A stretch of DNA of 57,671 nt, counting the filler, from Sphacelaria rigidula (Eukaryota), in the NCBI GenBank assembly GCA_964200075.2. It is 6 parts of 6 records of this genome, joined end to end, with 100 filler letters (N's around TTAATTAATTAA, not from the genome) between each part and the next. Parts side by side here need not be neighbours in the genome. Positions count along the whole stretch, not along the records: positions 1 to 9,529 come from CAXNAA020008285.1; positions 9,630 to 19,158 come from CAXNAA020008286.1; 4 more parts are not named here. The stretch is one strand, 5' to 3'. This document shows positions 1 to 11,615 of the stretch, piece after piece (the first letter of the stretch is position 1; each line of letters starts with the position of its first letter). Below the pieces are notes generated by a model. The model had not been told where the DNA came from. It made no database searches and saw only the letters and a program-made list of their open reading frames with translations. The translations under genes and the position numbers were made by a program.

Positions 1-535
1 ATTCCTTTGCCACAGGGGCAGTTCTGTCCATCTTCTTCTTCCTCCTTTCGACGACTGGTATATCTCTTTCTTATTTCTGGCAGGTCCAGGTCCCCCACCC
101 GATACCGAAGTTTCATGTTTTTCGCGGCGCCCATGGGGCCATGCAAGTATGTTTTCATCCCTATCGCCTCTCTCAATCCCCCGTATATCTCCAGGTGTTC
201 TTCCTCGTCTACTTTGCATCTGAGCGCCCCTCTTCCCCTCACTTCTATCGTATCTCTTTATTTTGTCTTCTACCCCTCGCCTTCAATTATGGACAGTATT
301 TTGTCTTGATTTCCTCTTATCTCCTCCCATACTTTCTCGATTTTTCTATCCTACCTTATACCAGCCTTCCCTTTCGTACTTTTCTTCCATTCAGCCCTAT
401 CAACTGAAGCTGGCAACCTCTTTCTCTGCATGTCCTTCAAACTATATTGCCATCGCAATTTCCTCATGTCTCTGTTTGTTTCAAGTGAGTACATCCCCAA
501 CTCTGCTCTCAAAACTGTATTACTCGTCGCTTTCG
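1..535 (-). mobile_element. Degenerate non-LTR retrotransposon (LINE) ORF2 C-terminal remnant
   Basis: Minus-strand translations give TSNTVLRAELGMYSLETNRDMRKLRWQY...KRLPA...GIR (351..599) and DLDLPE..KRYTS...EEEDGQNCPCGKG near base 1. These resemble the post-RT/Zn-knuckle tail of algal LINEs. The frames are broken by stops and frameshifts. Confidence 0.7.
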
Positions 536-827
536 AGGTCAGACAGGAGGAAGGCCTGCACAAGAGTTTTCCCTTTTCTCTTTTCTTTTGGTGCTCCACC
601 TTCTTTCTGCGTTGCTTGCCTTTTTTCTCTTATCGCGAGAGGGGTTCAGCGGTCCCTTTCCCTTGTCCACCGTGAAGTCGAATGTTGTGTACCCACGACG
701 TGGTCGCTCTCCACTGTTAGGCATGGTGTGAAAAAAACCCAGATTGTATGACTTCATCGAGATTTGAACACACGGCCCAACCGTCAGGAAGTTTCGAGGT
801 TGCCAACTGAGCCACCGGGGCGACCGG
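536..827 (-). mobile_element. tRNA-derived SINE, copy 1
   Basis: The minus strand starts CCGGTCGCCCCGGTGGCTCAGTTGG (Pol III A box), followed by GTTCAAATC (B box). The body matches 4745-4887 and 18670-18931. Confidence 0.75.
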
Positions 828-898
828 CTGGTTTAGGATTTGAAAAAAAACGTGAGTATGTTAAACCATGGATTTGGATCTCCGGGTTCGCCCTCTAC

Positions 899-992
899 CT
901 GAGAGGAGTTGCCCTGCAAGTTGTACGCCAGTCGACCCGTGGATGCGTGGAAGATCCGAATCGTGCCGTCGCCGCAACTTGCTGCTAGCAAA
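899..992 (-). CDS. WD40-repeat protein, coding exon 3 (gene continues beyond the contig start)
   Basis: Acceptor ttcttaag and donor CAG|gtagag. The phase-2 join with the 1302-1435 exon gives ...FSPDGN-LLAASCGDGTIRIFHASTGRLAYNLQGNSSQ, a canonical WD40 blade. Confidence 0.88.
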
Positions 993-1301
993 CTTAAGAA
1001 GATGGATTGTTTCAGTAGATGCAAAAAAAGGCACGAAGACGAACGGGTACGGACGGCATCTTTAGTATGGGTATGGTCGTTTTCAGTCCGTGGACTTGCG
1101 GGTGACGACCCACAAGGCAAGCGGGGCCAGCATCGGTATAAGGCATGCTCGGTCGCTCTACCTCGAGCTCACTCCGCAGTTAGGTATTCCCTTGACAAGT
1201 CAAACTACGGTTCAACGACTTCACGTACTCGTTGTGTTGTAGTTATCAAATGGCCGCCACGGAGCACTTGCTTTCATGATAGATCGCACGCACGCACTCA
1301 C

Positions 1302-1435
1302 TTTCCGTCTGGAGAAAAGCGGGTAGCGAATACCTCCGAGGAGTTCTCACTGATTGTAAGGCCAGGATGAAGCCTAGCGCCGAGAATTCTGTCCCCCGAT
1401 ATGTCCCTTGTCTTAGACTCCGAGAAGCCGCTACT
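1302..1435 (-). CDS. WD40-repeat protein, coding exon 2
   Basis: Acceptor ctcttgcag and donor AA|gtgagt. The 134-nt exon is open and encodes SSGFSESKTRDISGDRILGARLHPGLTISENSSEVFATRFSPDG. Its phases match both neighbouring exons. It is not in the ORF track. Confidence 0.88.
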
Positions 1436-3036
1436 CTGCAAGAGCATAGGTTACAGTATGCGAAGATTGGGTTTGGAGTACAGCGCAGTGAGGAGTCATC
1501 TGCTTGTCAATAATGCTCGCGACGAGCGCGCGCGGAAGGAGGCCCGTTTGTAAAAATACAGTGCATATTCGTGACGAGCGTGTGTAAGCGTTGGTGCTAC
1601 TGTACCCAGCATCCTACACGCGGGCCGAAAAAGATTTTGCGACGGTACCCGCCCTCGACTGTGTACATCTGTACGTTAGTACAAAGGGTGCCCGCAGATA
1701 TGAAGCACGAGTGTGGGATCAAGGCCCAATTTTCTCTTCTCTATTTTCAGGGTGTACGCCAGCAGAACTTCTTCACGTACAGCCCCTTATCTTTCTGCAG
1801 GCCCATCAACCTTATTTTCTTACTTGCTTCTTGTTCCCTTCTTCGTCTATGTTCCATGAGCATCACGCTTCGCGTTGGTTTCGCAGTCGTTTCGACAGGA
1901 AACGCAGCATGGCAGCCCGCCTACCGAGAATACTTCATACTGCTCTGAAATATCTGCGGTGAACACGTTTCTGTTATGGGGCAACAGCGTGAACACGTTT
2001 CTGGTACGGGCCACGCTGCAAACTGTCGTTGGGCTGTGTACAGCTGTGTGCTTGCCATGACTTAGCTAGAGCCGACAGGAGGGAAAAGTGATACTCGTAG
2101 GTAAACTGTTGCGCAAGGTACCCATAGCTGTTACCACAGAGCAGCCCGCCCATCACTCTGCCGCCGAAAGCTCCGCGTTGGGAACCCCCGATCGCTGGTT
2201 TTGTGCGGCCGTTTCTTATCTTGTTGCCATATTTGAGCTGTACTTCCTACATTACTTTCATTGTTTTCCGCCAACAAACGGGCGCCATTTATTTATGAAC
2301 AGAAATTCCTCAACTCCAGATGCCCTCCGTACAGCATACACGGCCGCAAATTTTCTTCGTGTTGAAGTGTGGCCCATTGAATGTCTGATACAGGAACATA
2401 TCATCATGCTCGCAAGCCAACTACCAATACTGTATGAGCCACGCGTCTACAGTTTGCGGTATATTTTGTATCACTCGCACGGGTTAGTCGATGTACGACA
2501 ACTGCCACCGGCCCCCGGTGGTGGTCTAAATGGCGCGTGTTCTCTGAATAGTGTATTTGACTACAGTACCGTCGTCGAAAACGCGATGACTTGAGTAGCA
2601 AAGAATTTTAAACAGAGTCGATGCGGTGTGAGAGTGCTAATCCAAACCCGCAATACTCACCAAAATGTAGGCGAGTACTCGAGGAAACATGGGTCAATCC
2701 CTTAAGAGTGACGGACTCGTCCCGAGGAAAGGTTCAACATACGACGTGAAGATCAACAGCAGACATACTGTAGCTGTTGTTGAAGGGTCACTGTCCGTGA
2801 AATATACATCAGTGAAACATGATTCCAACTCAGCAGCGGCACAGGGCAGTGCGGACTCTCGAAACACGGTCTGCTCCCTTGATCTGTACACAGGACTGAA
2901 GCATTGAGCTGTAAGCAACACCAAGAAGAGCGTACCCTTCTCCCACGCAGTGTCTCAAATATCCCTCTTTGATCCTATATCATGAACTTGAAGTTTCTAC
3001 AGCCCTACAATAGCACGGCAGCTTACAGCACAGCAC

Positions 3037-3198
3037 CTTACGCCGGCTGCTGGCTTGTGCGGGGGAATGTGCCATGTCGTGCAGGTCATAGTTGCCGGCG
3101 AGTCGCGAGTCGTACATCTTGTCTTCATTGACTTCCAGGTGCGGCGACGTCGGGCGATGGTGCTGACCGTCTCGAATACTACTCTTGCGCTCCGACAT
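3037..3198 (-). CDS. WD40-repeat protein, probable first coding exon
   Basis: ATG at 3198 reads MSERKSSIRDGQHHRPTSPHLEVNEDKMYDSRLAGNYDLHDMAHSPAQASSRRK, then AAG|gtgctg, a phase-0 donor matching the 1435 acceptor. An upstream acceptor (ttagacag, 3223-3222) suggests a further 5' exon. Confidence 0.6.
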
Positions 3199-3666
3199 CG
3201 AGCCTGCGATTGACTCCAACCCTGTCTAAGTGAGGTTCTTCGTGGGGGCTATGCTTGTGCCCTGTGCCCTTGCCAATCGCTCTCTGGTGGGATCCGACGG
3301 CTTGACCTGAATCTTGTCAGTCAGTAGTAGTGGTGTAGTGGAGACAATTTTGTATCACTGTGAATTGTTTTGGATTGTGATATCAAGAAATCGTTGCCAG
3401 GAATATAGCTGCATGATGTGCGAGAGTATTCGTTTCTCAAAGAGGTCGCACCAACCCCCCTACACACAGCACGCGCTTAATATTTCATATCGTTGCTAAA
3501 AGATACAGGTCGAGGTGAGTATCTACGAAGATCGGGGGAAGCGTCGTACTCTGAGAACAAAAACGCCGCTCGCAATTGCCACGCGTTCTGTCAAGGTCAT
3601 GCAAAAGTTAAACAAGAGCCAGCGTTAGGTTCACTCAGTTTGCACCCTAGCAGAAAAGCGTCCGGC
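3199..3666. promoter_or_regulatory. Putative bidirectional promoter and 5'UTRs between divergent genes
   Basis: The two predicted start codons (3198 on -, 3667 on +) are separated by only 468 bp. There is a candidate 5'UTR intron on + (gag|gtgagt at 3515 ... ccctag/cag at 3650/3653). Confidence 0.5.
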
Positions 3667-3722
3667 ATGGCTTCGGACGATGGTGCGGTCATCTCGAGGC
3701 AGGCTGCCAAACACCTTCGCCG
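3667..3722 (+). CDS. AAPT: Choline/ethanolamine phosphotransferase (CDP-alcohol phosphatidyltransferase family), coding exon 1
   Basis: MASDDGAVISRQAAKHLR then CG|gtaagc. This phase-2 donor joins in frame to the 5017 exon, giving HLRRYQYHGSDKSL, the conserved AAPT/EPT1/CEPT1 N-terminal motif. Confidence 0.85.
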
Positions 3723-4744
3723 GTAAGCAGCATTCGACTCAAAACTGCACTGTTATTACTACAGACGTTGCTATTCCCGTAGACAACTACACACAGATGT
3801 TCGCGCGTCGACCGCCATTGCCGAGTAATCATGATCAGTTGTTATATGAACGCGTTCCTGGAACATTTTTGTTTTTGCATCACCCGCCCTCCGAAGGCAT
3901 ACGCAAGCACAGGAGTGCCCTGTTGTACAAACGCTATGCTGTTGTTGTCTCTACAACATTTCTGCAATTCGTCTTGCAGACTACACTACAGACAACGGGC
4001 GGCCGCACCACATAGTAGTTCATTCGGCGTTGCAGACTTCCGCGGAGATGCCATCGAATAGCCACTGAGTTGCCCAGCTCATGGTTGCCTTCGCCTCCCT
4101 AATTCATGCGCTTGCGATGTGATACCTGTCTGCTTTCTCTTTTTAAAATCACGGAACCATACGAATATACAGTATAGTGCCCGTATGCTGCTGCCAGGTT
4201 GTCTCTGTTGGTCTTGTTTTGGCCATCTCCTAAAGCTGGGGTTCAGGTCTGCAGCCCCCGTCTGATCTGATATATACCGAACGACGTTCGTAGCTATTAT
4301 GCGCAACCCTGCTTGCGGCGAAAGTTTCTATGCGTCCGGTTCGCCTTTGTCGTCCATTTTTCCCCCTCTTGCGGTTGAGCTCGGAACGTTCCTTTACACT
4401 TGCGGGTGTGTCGTACTGTTTCTTGTGTAGACAAGAAAGTCCCTGTGAAGGTCTACTGCGGGGCGAAACGCTGTTTAGTTCACCCTAGTGCGCCCCCCCC
4501 CCCAACCCTCTTCCCTGAACACTCTTGTTTCACGGCACTGGTTCTTGAACAACACACGAAGCTAAAGAACATGCACTTTCATATCTGAAAGCCTAGAGAC
4601 AAATACAAGTCCGCTGTGCCGTACTGTATCGCTGACGTGCCAACCATGCACCTCAATGCGGTCCCGCTCATTTGTGTGTGTGTTGCCGTTGCATCTATTC
4701 TTGTCGCTGCTCCACACCTTTCGGCATATGTGGACGCATCAGCC

Positions 4745-4887
4745 TTGGTCCCACAGAGGAATATTAACAAACGAGTTTTTTTATTCTTTATTTTGTTTCA
4801 TTATCCTCCACCTTCCTTTTCATCGCGGAAAAGGTTGAGCGGCCCTTTCCCTCGTCGACCATGAAGTCGAATGCTATGCACCCACGG
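4745..4887 (-). mobile_element. Truncated SINE copy (body only) in AAPT intron 1
   Basis: ccctttccctcgtcgaccatgaagtcgaat...cacccacg matches the SINE body at about 650-700 and 18780-18825. Confidence 0.65.
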
Positions 4888-5016
4888 TATTTTTCACCGG
4901 AATAATACATGCACTGTTCTTGTTTGTATAACCGCTCCCCATTTGCACAACCCTGAAGTTAGCCTCACTCAAAAGTGTAAGTGCCTCCGCTCCGTTTGTG
5001 CCGCAAATGACCGCAG

Positions 5017-5281
5017 ATACCAATATCATGGGTCGGACAAATCTCTCATCTACAAGTATATCCTCAGCCCCTTGGCCGAGGGCTGCCTCGTGTTCGTGCC
5101 CGCCTGGATGGCGCCCAACATGGTGACAACCATCGGTCTGTTCCTCACGAGCGCGTCGTACCTGCTCATTTACCTCACGGCCCCCGGCCTTCATAGCTTC
5201 GACACGCCAGCATGGGTCTTCCCCACAGCAGCCGCGGGCCTTTTCTTGTACCAGACGCTGGATAATATGGATGGCAAACAG
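5017..5281 (+). CDS. AAPT: Choline/ethanolamine phosphotransferase, coding exon 2 (later exons not found in this contig)
   Basis: Acceptor gaccgcag and donor CAG|gtacgt. It encodes YQYHGSDKSLIYKYILSPLA...PAWMAPNMVTTIGL...YQTLDNMDGKQ, which includes the start of the CDP-alcohol phosphotransferase motif DxxDGxxAR. Confidence 0.93.
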
Positions 5282-6191
5282 GTACGTCTCAGTGGGACAG
5301 TGGTGTCCGGCGTGTGTTTGTGTGGCATGTGCTGTGTTGTGAAGCTGGAGTCGCTGCATTACTTTCCGTGCCTGTACTGTCTATACTAAGTGGAGGTATT
5401 TCTCGAGTTTGAGATAAAAACTGTGCGGTTGTGATGGTTGCATGTGAACGAACGTAGTTTCGCGAGCTCGTACCGTGTAGTGCCCTGTGTCCTTGGATGC
5501 GCGGCGCGCTCACGAGTTGCTGAACGGTCCTTGTTCGGTGTTGCGCGGTATCCGTCAGTCTCGCTCCTACGAACACCAAGGGATGGTGAAAATCCGATGA
5601 ACGGTTTTCATGGTTTCGTTGTGACTGGTCTCGAGGCGACGAAAAGAGGCTTCACGTACCCTGTGTGTGTCGAGTGGCATACATGGGGTCGTAAATATGA
5701 CTCGTTTTACAGTACTCTTGTATACGAGGACAAATGATGTCTGAAGTTGCATTTCTTGAACTAGTTTCAGATTCGTCGTTTGCTGTTTGTTTCACTGCAC
5801 TGCTTCTACAGTACCGGTGCGATTCTGAATTTGAATGTTCCCAAGTGTTCTAATCTGAGCAACAAGTCTCACGAATTCGGCAGCGAGGTTAGGTTTAGGT
5901 CGCGGTCGTCAGAGACGATGCCGAGCCATGTGGGTGGATAATAACTCTTACTAACATCTGGACGGGATATTAAGATTTGACATATTCCTCGTTTCAATGC
6001 TGAATGTGATGGAAGAGTGCATCCTCTCACTGCCATGCCGCCCGCACTTTCAACCGGGGCTGCTGTGCATATATTTCATCATCCTCGATCTTCATCAGGC
6101 GTGTGGGGTTGCGGTCTACAACTCATCCATGTCTCCGCCGCTGTCGTCCTCATGATTTTGTTCCGAATGTCTGCGCTGTGTTCCCGCCGAT

Positions 6192-6400
6192 CTGGCACCG
6201 AGTTCACAGGTACGGGTCGTTATAAAATAATTAATTTGAAATCATCGAGTTTTTTTTATTTTTTTTCCATAATTCTTGTCGGGATTGTCGCTGGATACAG
6301 TGAAAAGCCCATCTGTTCCAGAGACAACAAGATTGTATTGTTTGGGTATTTGTTGTCCGGGCCAGGTCTGGACTTCATTTCCCTCCAGTAGCTTGCCACA
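6192..6400. mobile_element. End of a non-autonomous TIR element, same family as 13901-15122
   Basis: GGCACCGAG...GGGTCGTTATA...AATCATCG matches the TIR at 13901. The segment 6355-6395 is the reverse complement of about 14890-14935. Confidence 0.55.
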
Positions 6401-6509
6401 ACCCGGGACAGTACGAGCAGGAGAGCTGAAAAAAAATGTGCAGTGATATTAACTTGGCACAAGGCTAATACATCGATATAGATTTTTGCAGTGATGTAAA
6501 ATTCAACCA

Positions 6510-7100
6510 ATCAGAGGCCCTCCAGAGAGGAATCGGCGGAATCTAGCGCCAATGAGAAATGCGACCTTCGTGACTTATGTAGTGAACAATGCCTGTAATT
6601 GGCTCACCCACTCGAGTCACGCCTGTAGTGTACGTCGGGGCAGACAGAGCAGCAGCAGCAGAGAAACGAAGCTGCAAACAGACCGTGTATCGGTATATCC
6701 TCATTTTGCTACGGCTGGTCATGTCATTCCGTGGCCGCGAGCGCTGGCGCCGATTCCAGCGGCAGCGGCCGCCATGCTGACGGGTGCAAGCAGTACCCTG
6801 GTGGTGCAGTATACCGGCACTATGCCGTACGTCGCTCCTTCCATCGGAGCACGAGGTCTGGCCCAGCCGGTCGAGCGGTGTATACCGGCGCTGGTTGTGT
6901 GTCTTTACCCGGTCTTGTTCGGTATCGCGCTAATAATTGGTCCGGGTAACATGAAGGTTCTAACAGTCAAGTTTGCTGACCGCACTGCGCCCCGACTGAT
7001 GATATGTTTTTCAGAGGGACTAACACAACTCTGCAGCACCCCAAGCAACCTCAACGGAGATCGAACCATCTTCGCAAGGTCTAAACACGCCACACAACGG
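6510..7100. repeat. Interspersed repeat with a diverged copy at 26370-27007
   Basis: Shared colinear blocks, e.g. aggaatcggcggaatctagcgccaatga and gccgccatgctgacgggtgcaagcagtaccctgg. Confidence 0.8.
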
Positions 7101-7369
7101 TGATGGCTACAGCACACATGAGAGCGGACATGAGGGTGTTTTTGCTGCAGCACAATGAAACAGGAATGGTAGCATGTTTCAGTTGTTCGGCCGATTTTAA
7201 ACGGGTCCTCTGAGTTTGCCGGGCGCCGATCTTGAACGCTCGGTCATAATCGCCCTCCGCGCAAATATTTTAATTCACTTCAAAATCATCCCCGTGTATG
7301 GGTCCTACGCCAATATTTTCCTCAGCATCAAGTCATGAAGCAAGCGAAGCATACTGTATGGCCGTACAC

Positions 7370-8468
7370 CAGGGTTGCATATCGGACCGAAAAAAAAGTT
7401 CGATAGATATTCTTAGAATATTGAACCACAACCGCCGATACCGATGTTTTTGTCGATATTCCGAAAATGACAGGATCCGTATCGAGTATCGATATTCGAT
7501 ACGATACGGCTATTTTGGTATGGCCGGAGTGTACAAGACCGAGCAGTACACTGGCACACTGACACCCGCACTCACTATTATTGTAGGTCGCCTTAGATAC
7601 CACATCCCCTAGACAGATTTTCAAAGCTCACTCAGTCTTCACGAGAAGCGATGCCAGGGCTGAACTGCGGGCGGCATTGCAACCATCTCGTCGAGAGGAA
7701 GTAATTGAGCTTTGAAAATCGCTCCTGAGGGTGCGTCATCTCAAGCAACCTAGGGTAGTTGAACTCAAACGCGAGCTCTTTTTTCCAACGTTCTTCACTA
7801 CTACCAATACCAGGAATCATCAGCAGCATGCGTCAAGTTCTAATTTTTGGGTGCCAAAAAGTATATATTTGTATGTCACCAACCAAGAAGAAAAAACCAC
7901 TAAGCTTGCAACAGTTAAAATGTCCAGACGAACGGATGATGCGTAAAATAAATGCAACACTCGTCAAACATGGAGGAAAGGTGAAGCGACAGTACCATCT
8001 CCTCATACTCCGAAGGATAGCTGATAAACAGCTTTCCTCTGTTATCTACAGCTTTGCATTGATCGTGACCTCATATCTACTCCACCACGCCACCCATATG
8101 TTGCCGTTGGAAAACACCCCCGCTGAATCATATAACTAGAACCCTAAACCCACGAGGCACCAGCGGTGTGTGGTGTGTGAAGAGGACCTTGTGGAGTGAG
8201 GGATGGGGGGGGGGCAGGGTTGCACATCAAATGGGGGTCTGCCATTCGGGAAATACCGCCCCCCCTGCGTTTCCTGTGACGACGGTTTCGATCATTTGAG
8301 CTAATGTGACGAAAAATAAACAAAAATATCGAGCGTATCGATATTCGATATTGATATTTGATGTTGATACGTATCACATATATCGGTTTTCTACGCTCCG
8401 ATATCGATATGGCATATCGCCGATATTTATCGAAATCGTATCGAGTATCGGTAGCCGATGTGCAACCC
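7370..8468. mobile_element. Non-autonomous hAT-like TIR element with ATCGAT/CGATA subterminal repeats
   Basis: Ends are CAGGGTTGCATATCGG ... CCGATGTGCAACCC. The 8-mer CCGTACAC occurs on both sides (7362-7369 and 8467-8474). There is a second internal CAGGGTTGCACATC at 8215. Confidence 0.65.
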
Positions 8469-8479
8469 GTACACACGAG

Positions 8480-9075
8480 AGAGATACATTATCACGGTGC
8501 CTATCTGATGTCCCGTGTGTAGAGGGCTTGGTTGTCTCCAGCGTTGTACTCCAACATATTTCTGTCGCGATACCGACTGTATCTGTATCGCGAGAAGATT
8601 TCGCTAGCGCTGGGCAGCCAGTTGGCACGGTGCTTGTCATGTCTGTACGGCACCGATCGACGCGAGCAATCCAAAACAACAGCACGACAGCCTACACAAG
8701 GAAGCCAGCAACGATAATGAGGGTACAGTCCTTTTCTCGGGTATGTTTCGTTCGAGCAGCATGAAACAACACACGCCGACAACGATGTAGCTATTGTAAA
8801 TCATGCCCCGTATCCAAGGCCTTGCAGGATGCAGCAGCAAGCTAAGGGCGAATGGAAACCGCAACACCAACCCCGGCCACCGCAACCATACCGCGGGCAC
8901 AGCGACACTCAACGTAACCGTTGGGTACACTCACGCGTGCACTAGTAGAAAGAGCACTGCTTGTGATACCACCTTTGCTTTGAACATCATCTTGCCTCCG
9001 CACGATACTGTACTGCGGCTGAGGGCACCAGAAGACTTGCAAAACCATGTGTGACGGAGTGCATACTAAAATCAA
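8480..9075. repeat. Interspersed repeat with an inverted diverged copy at 14165-14740
   Basis: Reverse-complement matches such as atttctgtcgcgatacc / ggtaccgcgacagaaat and aaacgtaaccgttggg-type / cccaacgttt blocks, colinear over about 570 bp. Confidence 0.7.
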
Positions 9076-9529
9076 TTTTGTACCATGAAATTTACTAAGG
9101 AACGTGGAGGGACTGGTCGAAAAATTGAATTACATTACTTGAAATTGTGTTTGTACTACGAAAAAAACTCCGTGCCTACGAACCCATCGGTGCCGCTCTT
9201 TGTAGAGCACTTTGTTCTTCACATCTTTATTTTTTCATGTAGTTGCAACTGACTCTGTATTATCGTTGATGATTACAAATACGGCGGCTTCAAAGGGTGG
9301 CACGATGCGCACCTGGCCCCCATTTCGTTGAGAGCTGAACACTACACCCGACGCGTTAGGCTGACTGCAGTGTAATGTAGAGCTGGAGGGGGGAGTCTAG
9401 CCGACACATGGAGCACAAGTAGGACTCCTGCAACGAAGAACTGCCGAGGTTGTCGGTGCCCGACCCTCGATGGGGTTGGCGTCGCTTGGCGATGACGCTG
9501 TAAAACACGCCACTCACTACGGAAGCTAG

Positions 9530-9629
9530 NNNNNNNNNNNNNNNNNNNNNNNNNNNNNNNNNNNNNNNNNNNNTTAATTAATTAANNNNNNNNNNNNNNN
9601 NNNNNNNNNNNNNNNNNNNNNNNNNNNNN
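9530..9629. other. Artificial contig spacer (N44-TTAATTAATTAA-N44)
   Basis: Six-frame-stop linker flanked by Ns, identical at five places in the window. Confidence 0.97.
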
Positions 9630-11164
9630 ATGCAGCGGGTCCGAGAGAGAGGACTCGGCATCGGAAGCGGGCGACGACAATGGGGAATTTCGCGTTCTGA
9701 TTTCAGTTTGTGGAGAATTTTGGGGCCGTTCTTTCCTGTAGATAGATTGCGCAAACAGTTCTGTACAACTTGAGGATGTTTTTTTCCAGGCTGTAGTCAT
9801 GAGCCGTGTCTCAGGTACATGGCGATCATGGTTCGTGCATGTGCGGTGCACGGTGGGGTGTAAAAGTGTATTGGGGGTGATCTGGCTACGCCCGCCAGTC
9901 AATCAAGTGAGTGTTTCAACGGCAGACGACTGACCTCAACACCATCGTATGCCAGTCAATCTTTTGGTCTACCATGCAGCACTGCCAACGCTCGCGTCTC
10001 GACGCTATGGCGTTCGTGCCAGGACGCAACTGCCGGGAATCATTCGTATCACTATTATGTTGAACGGTCGGACGGAAAACATGGGATGATTTTCTTCGCC
10101 ACACTTCCGCCGATGTCGTCGATACTGTACCATCTGCACCGGAACGGTGGGTCGTGTCACCACGTGTCTTGCGCATCACACATCGTGTCGAGTTTCGCAA
10201 CGTTTCATGTAAACCGCTCATTATGGCAAAGACAACAAGTTGAACGACTTTTTTTCTTTCCCTTCATCGTTTTGGGCGCAAGTGATGGCGGGGCGGATGT
10301 TGCCCCCTCGGTTTGCCTTGCGTTTATCGTTGGAAAATCTATCACGTCACGTGAACGTACTCAGGTGCTTGTATCTTGTTTGTCTTGCCGCAGTTGTACG
10401 TTCGTTTAAGAACTATGAACGTCAGTCGAGTTTAGAATAAAGTGGTGGTCAAGTGTAGATATCTACGACAGTTATCACCTCGTGTCGGCTGTTGTTGACC
10501 AAAAGTAGTAAAGTGGAAACAGATCTGCGACTACCGGAAAATGCGAACGTGACACGGACTGTTTCGCCAGAATTGACCATCTTCGCAGAAGAGTGTATGT
10601 GTAAAAAACAGAAATCTGCCACGACCAGAAAAAACCAAGGTATCCTCGAGTTTTTTCCCCACGAGTACATGAAGCCATTCGAAACCGTCGATACCTCCCG
10701 ACCTCCCTTCCGGACGCAAAATGATACCGATGAACAAAAAAATACTGCTACGAGCTGGGCGAGCAGTGAATCCCGATTTGCCCCTCACACCCTAAGCTAT
10801 CTAGTTTTCGAAATCAGACCGCCTTGAGCATATCGCTACGGCCTGCCGACCAACTTGGTAACGCACGGGGCCGCCGCTGAATGAAAAAAATGAAAAGATG
10901 TACTGCATAATGCATCACCTAACGGACGGAATAAATAAACTGACATCCGTCGGGATTCGAACTCATGACCTCCATAATTGGAGTCAACTGCAGCGCTTGG
11001 ATTAAAGGAGCGCAGCCGTGCCACACGAAAACTTGGATGCTGCGCCAAACTTCTGGAAGTTTTGGGCGCAATTGCACCAGGATCTCCTCCACTGAAGGAC
11101 GCACAAGAACAGTAGCGATGCCCACGTATTCATTTTTTTCACGGGGTTAGGCCGCTTCTTACAG

Positions 11165-11615
11165 ACTGAAAAAAATCTGTCTGAGGACTGCCCTTTTGAA
11201 CCTTTCATCACGGATTATAGGCGGACTACAGGCCTTGGCGGATTTGGCCCCCTCGGAAAGATTTGTTTTTTTTTTCACGAGGATTCCAGTACGCTTGTTC
11301 GATATTTCGTACTCCCAGTTTTACTCTTGACCGGATTTTGGATTTTTTCAGTCACATGAAAAAACTTCGAGTTGTCAACAAAAAGTACGTTTTTTTCCCG
11401 ACAAGTGGACAATTTTCGCGGCGACTGCAGAATTCCAGAATCCGGACACGAGTAAAACTGGGAGTACGAAAGATCGGACAAGCGCGCTGTAATCCTCGTG
11501 AAAAATATAGCAAATAATCTTTCCGAGGGGGCCAAATCCGCCAAGGCCCCTATTCCACCAATAATCCGAGGTGAAAGATTCAAAAGGGCAGTTCTCAGAC
11601 ATATTTTTTTTCAGT
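11165..11615. mobile_element. Foldback MITE (about 450-bp near-palindrome)
   Basis: Ends are ACTGAAAAAAA ... TTTTTTTCAGT. The arms pair throughout, e.g. ggcggatttggccccctcggaaagatt / aatctttccgagggggccaaatccgcc and cgtactcccagttttactc / gagtaaaactgggagtacg. Confidence 0.8.

Noticed and set aside
10940..11030. tRNA gene on - (GTTCGAATCCC B box)
   Set aside because: I could not fold an acceptor, D or anticodon stem. It is more likely a SINE fragment or chance match.
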